From a virus (taxonomy: Duplodnaviria > Caudoviricetes): a stretch of DNA of 64,000 bases. The translations under genes and the position numbers were made by a program. The stretch covers positions 1 to 64,000 of IMG/VR virus record IMGVR_UViG_3300047313_000015. One strand, 5' to 3'. The notes beneath the pieces were generated by a model. The model had not been told where the DNA came from. It was given only the letters and a program-made list of their open reading frames with translations, and ran no database searches. Within the stretch, counting starts at the first letter, position 1. Each line of letters starts with the position of its first letter. Of the stretch, positions 63,358-64,000 are shown piece after piece.

Positions 63358-63430
63358 TAGCCCGGAGTCTCTCTATATCCCGCCTGTCGGCTCTCCGGAT
63401 CACCTTTCGGTGCTGCCCTGCGGCAGGGGA

Positions 63431-63564
63431 CAAATGGAGGGGCGTTCTCTCCGCTGAACTATCACTCGTAACTGCACCGATATCAAATGCAGCCTCCCAG
63501 CCTACTTGCGCGCTTACTCGGCGGGAAGAGAGTGAGCCGGATTCGAACCGACGTTTCCCCTTTG
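63431..63564 (-). ncRNA. circularly permuted tRNA mimic (YrlA Y-RNA-like topology)
   Basis: order GGGG-AAAC-T arm-TCACTC...GAGTGA-TA-D arm-G-CCCC. Confidence 0.7.
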
Positions 63565-63638
63565 CGGTGACTACGGGATTTGAACCCGCGATCTTCCGGG
63601 TGACAACCGGGTGCTCTGCCTGACTGAGCTAAATCACC
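63565..63638 (-). tRNA. tRNA-Asp(GTC)
   Basis: canonical cloverleaf. Confidence 0.9.
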
Positions 63639-63724
63639 TTGGACAGTTTTGTTGTAAGGACTTCTGCCAACCTTCAGGCGGGTACTTCCATCGCAGTTTA
63701 AGAGCTACTAGTATCACCGCTTCG

Positions 63725-63805
63725 AGCCAGGTACGGGAATCGAACCCGCGCCGCTAATCCGGGGTGAAAACCCGGCGACTCCTAAGCCAACAGAGTAAAC
63801 CTGGC
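63725..63805 (-). tRNA. tRNA-Glu(TTC)
   Basis: CCGGG-TTTTCAC-CCCGG; enlarged variable loop. Confidence 0.8.
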
Positions 63806-63809
63806 GGGA

Positions 63810-63894
63810 GTGAGTGCTCTTTATCGCTCTGAGCTATATCCGGACTCGCCTAGGTTACCGGTAATAGGAGCGCGCGACTGCTCCGACCTCTCAC
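63810..63894 (-). ncRNA. second circularly permuted tRNA mimic, degenerate T loop
   Basis: GTGAG-AGGTC-GGAGC..GCTCC-closed acceptor-TA-GCTC..GAGC-A-CTCAC. Confidence 0.55.
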
Positions 63895-63896
63895 CG

Positions 63897-63973
63897 TACC
63901 GATGACCGGAATCGAACCGGCAACTCCTCTGCTTGAGGGGCAGGGTGCGAACCACCAGATGGCGCGCATCGGC
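63897..63973 (-). tRNA. tRNA-Glu(CTC)
   Basis: GCCGATG/CATCGGT, loop CCCTCAA, T arm. Confidence 0.8.
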
Positions 63974-64000
63974 TTGAGTCCAGCAACAACCGTACTGGAC

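Overview
About 64 kb of a GC-rich (roughly 60%) siphovirus-type phage genome; the host is most likely Actinomycetota (Pup homologue, TraB-like FtsK, leaderless TANNNT promoters). Layout: (1) 1-12.9 kb, + strand: DNA metabolism and accessory genes (family A DNA polymerase, HAD nucleotidase, dATP/dGTP diphosphohydrolase-like protein, GH25 muramidase, class II RNR, RtcB). (2) 13.0-45.1 kb, - strand: lysis, tail, tape measure, HK97-type head, portal and terminase, with several HNH/GIY-YIG endonucleases and a TraB/FtsK gene. (3) 45.2-46.1 kb: probable genome end (cos-like signature, oriented 8-mer repeats). (4) 46.1-54.5 kb, + strand: early/host-takeover cassette from a strong promoter (SAM-lyase-like first gene, ArdC), with repeated intergenic hairpins and several large structured ncRNA candidates, including a tmRNA tRNA-like domain lacking any mRNA-like domain. 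(5) 54.5-61.1 kb, - strand: packaging HNH, a second structural module, a papain-like protease and a phage-encoded Pup. (6) 61.2-64 kb, - strand: tRNA array mixing canonical tRNAs with odd tRNA mimics (a second Ala-identity anticodon-less RNA, two tRNA-Arg-like RNAs with rewired topology, two circularly permuted YrlA-like RNAs). The most striking signal is a toolkit aimed at host ribosome rescue, tRNA repair and targeted proteolysis (mini-tmRNA, tRNA mimics, RtcB, Pup). All calls come from reading the sequence by eye; no searches or folding programs were run.
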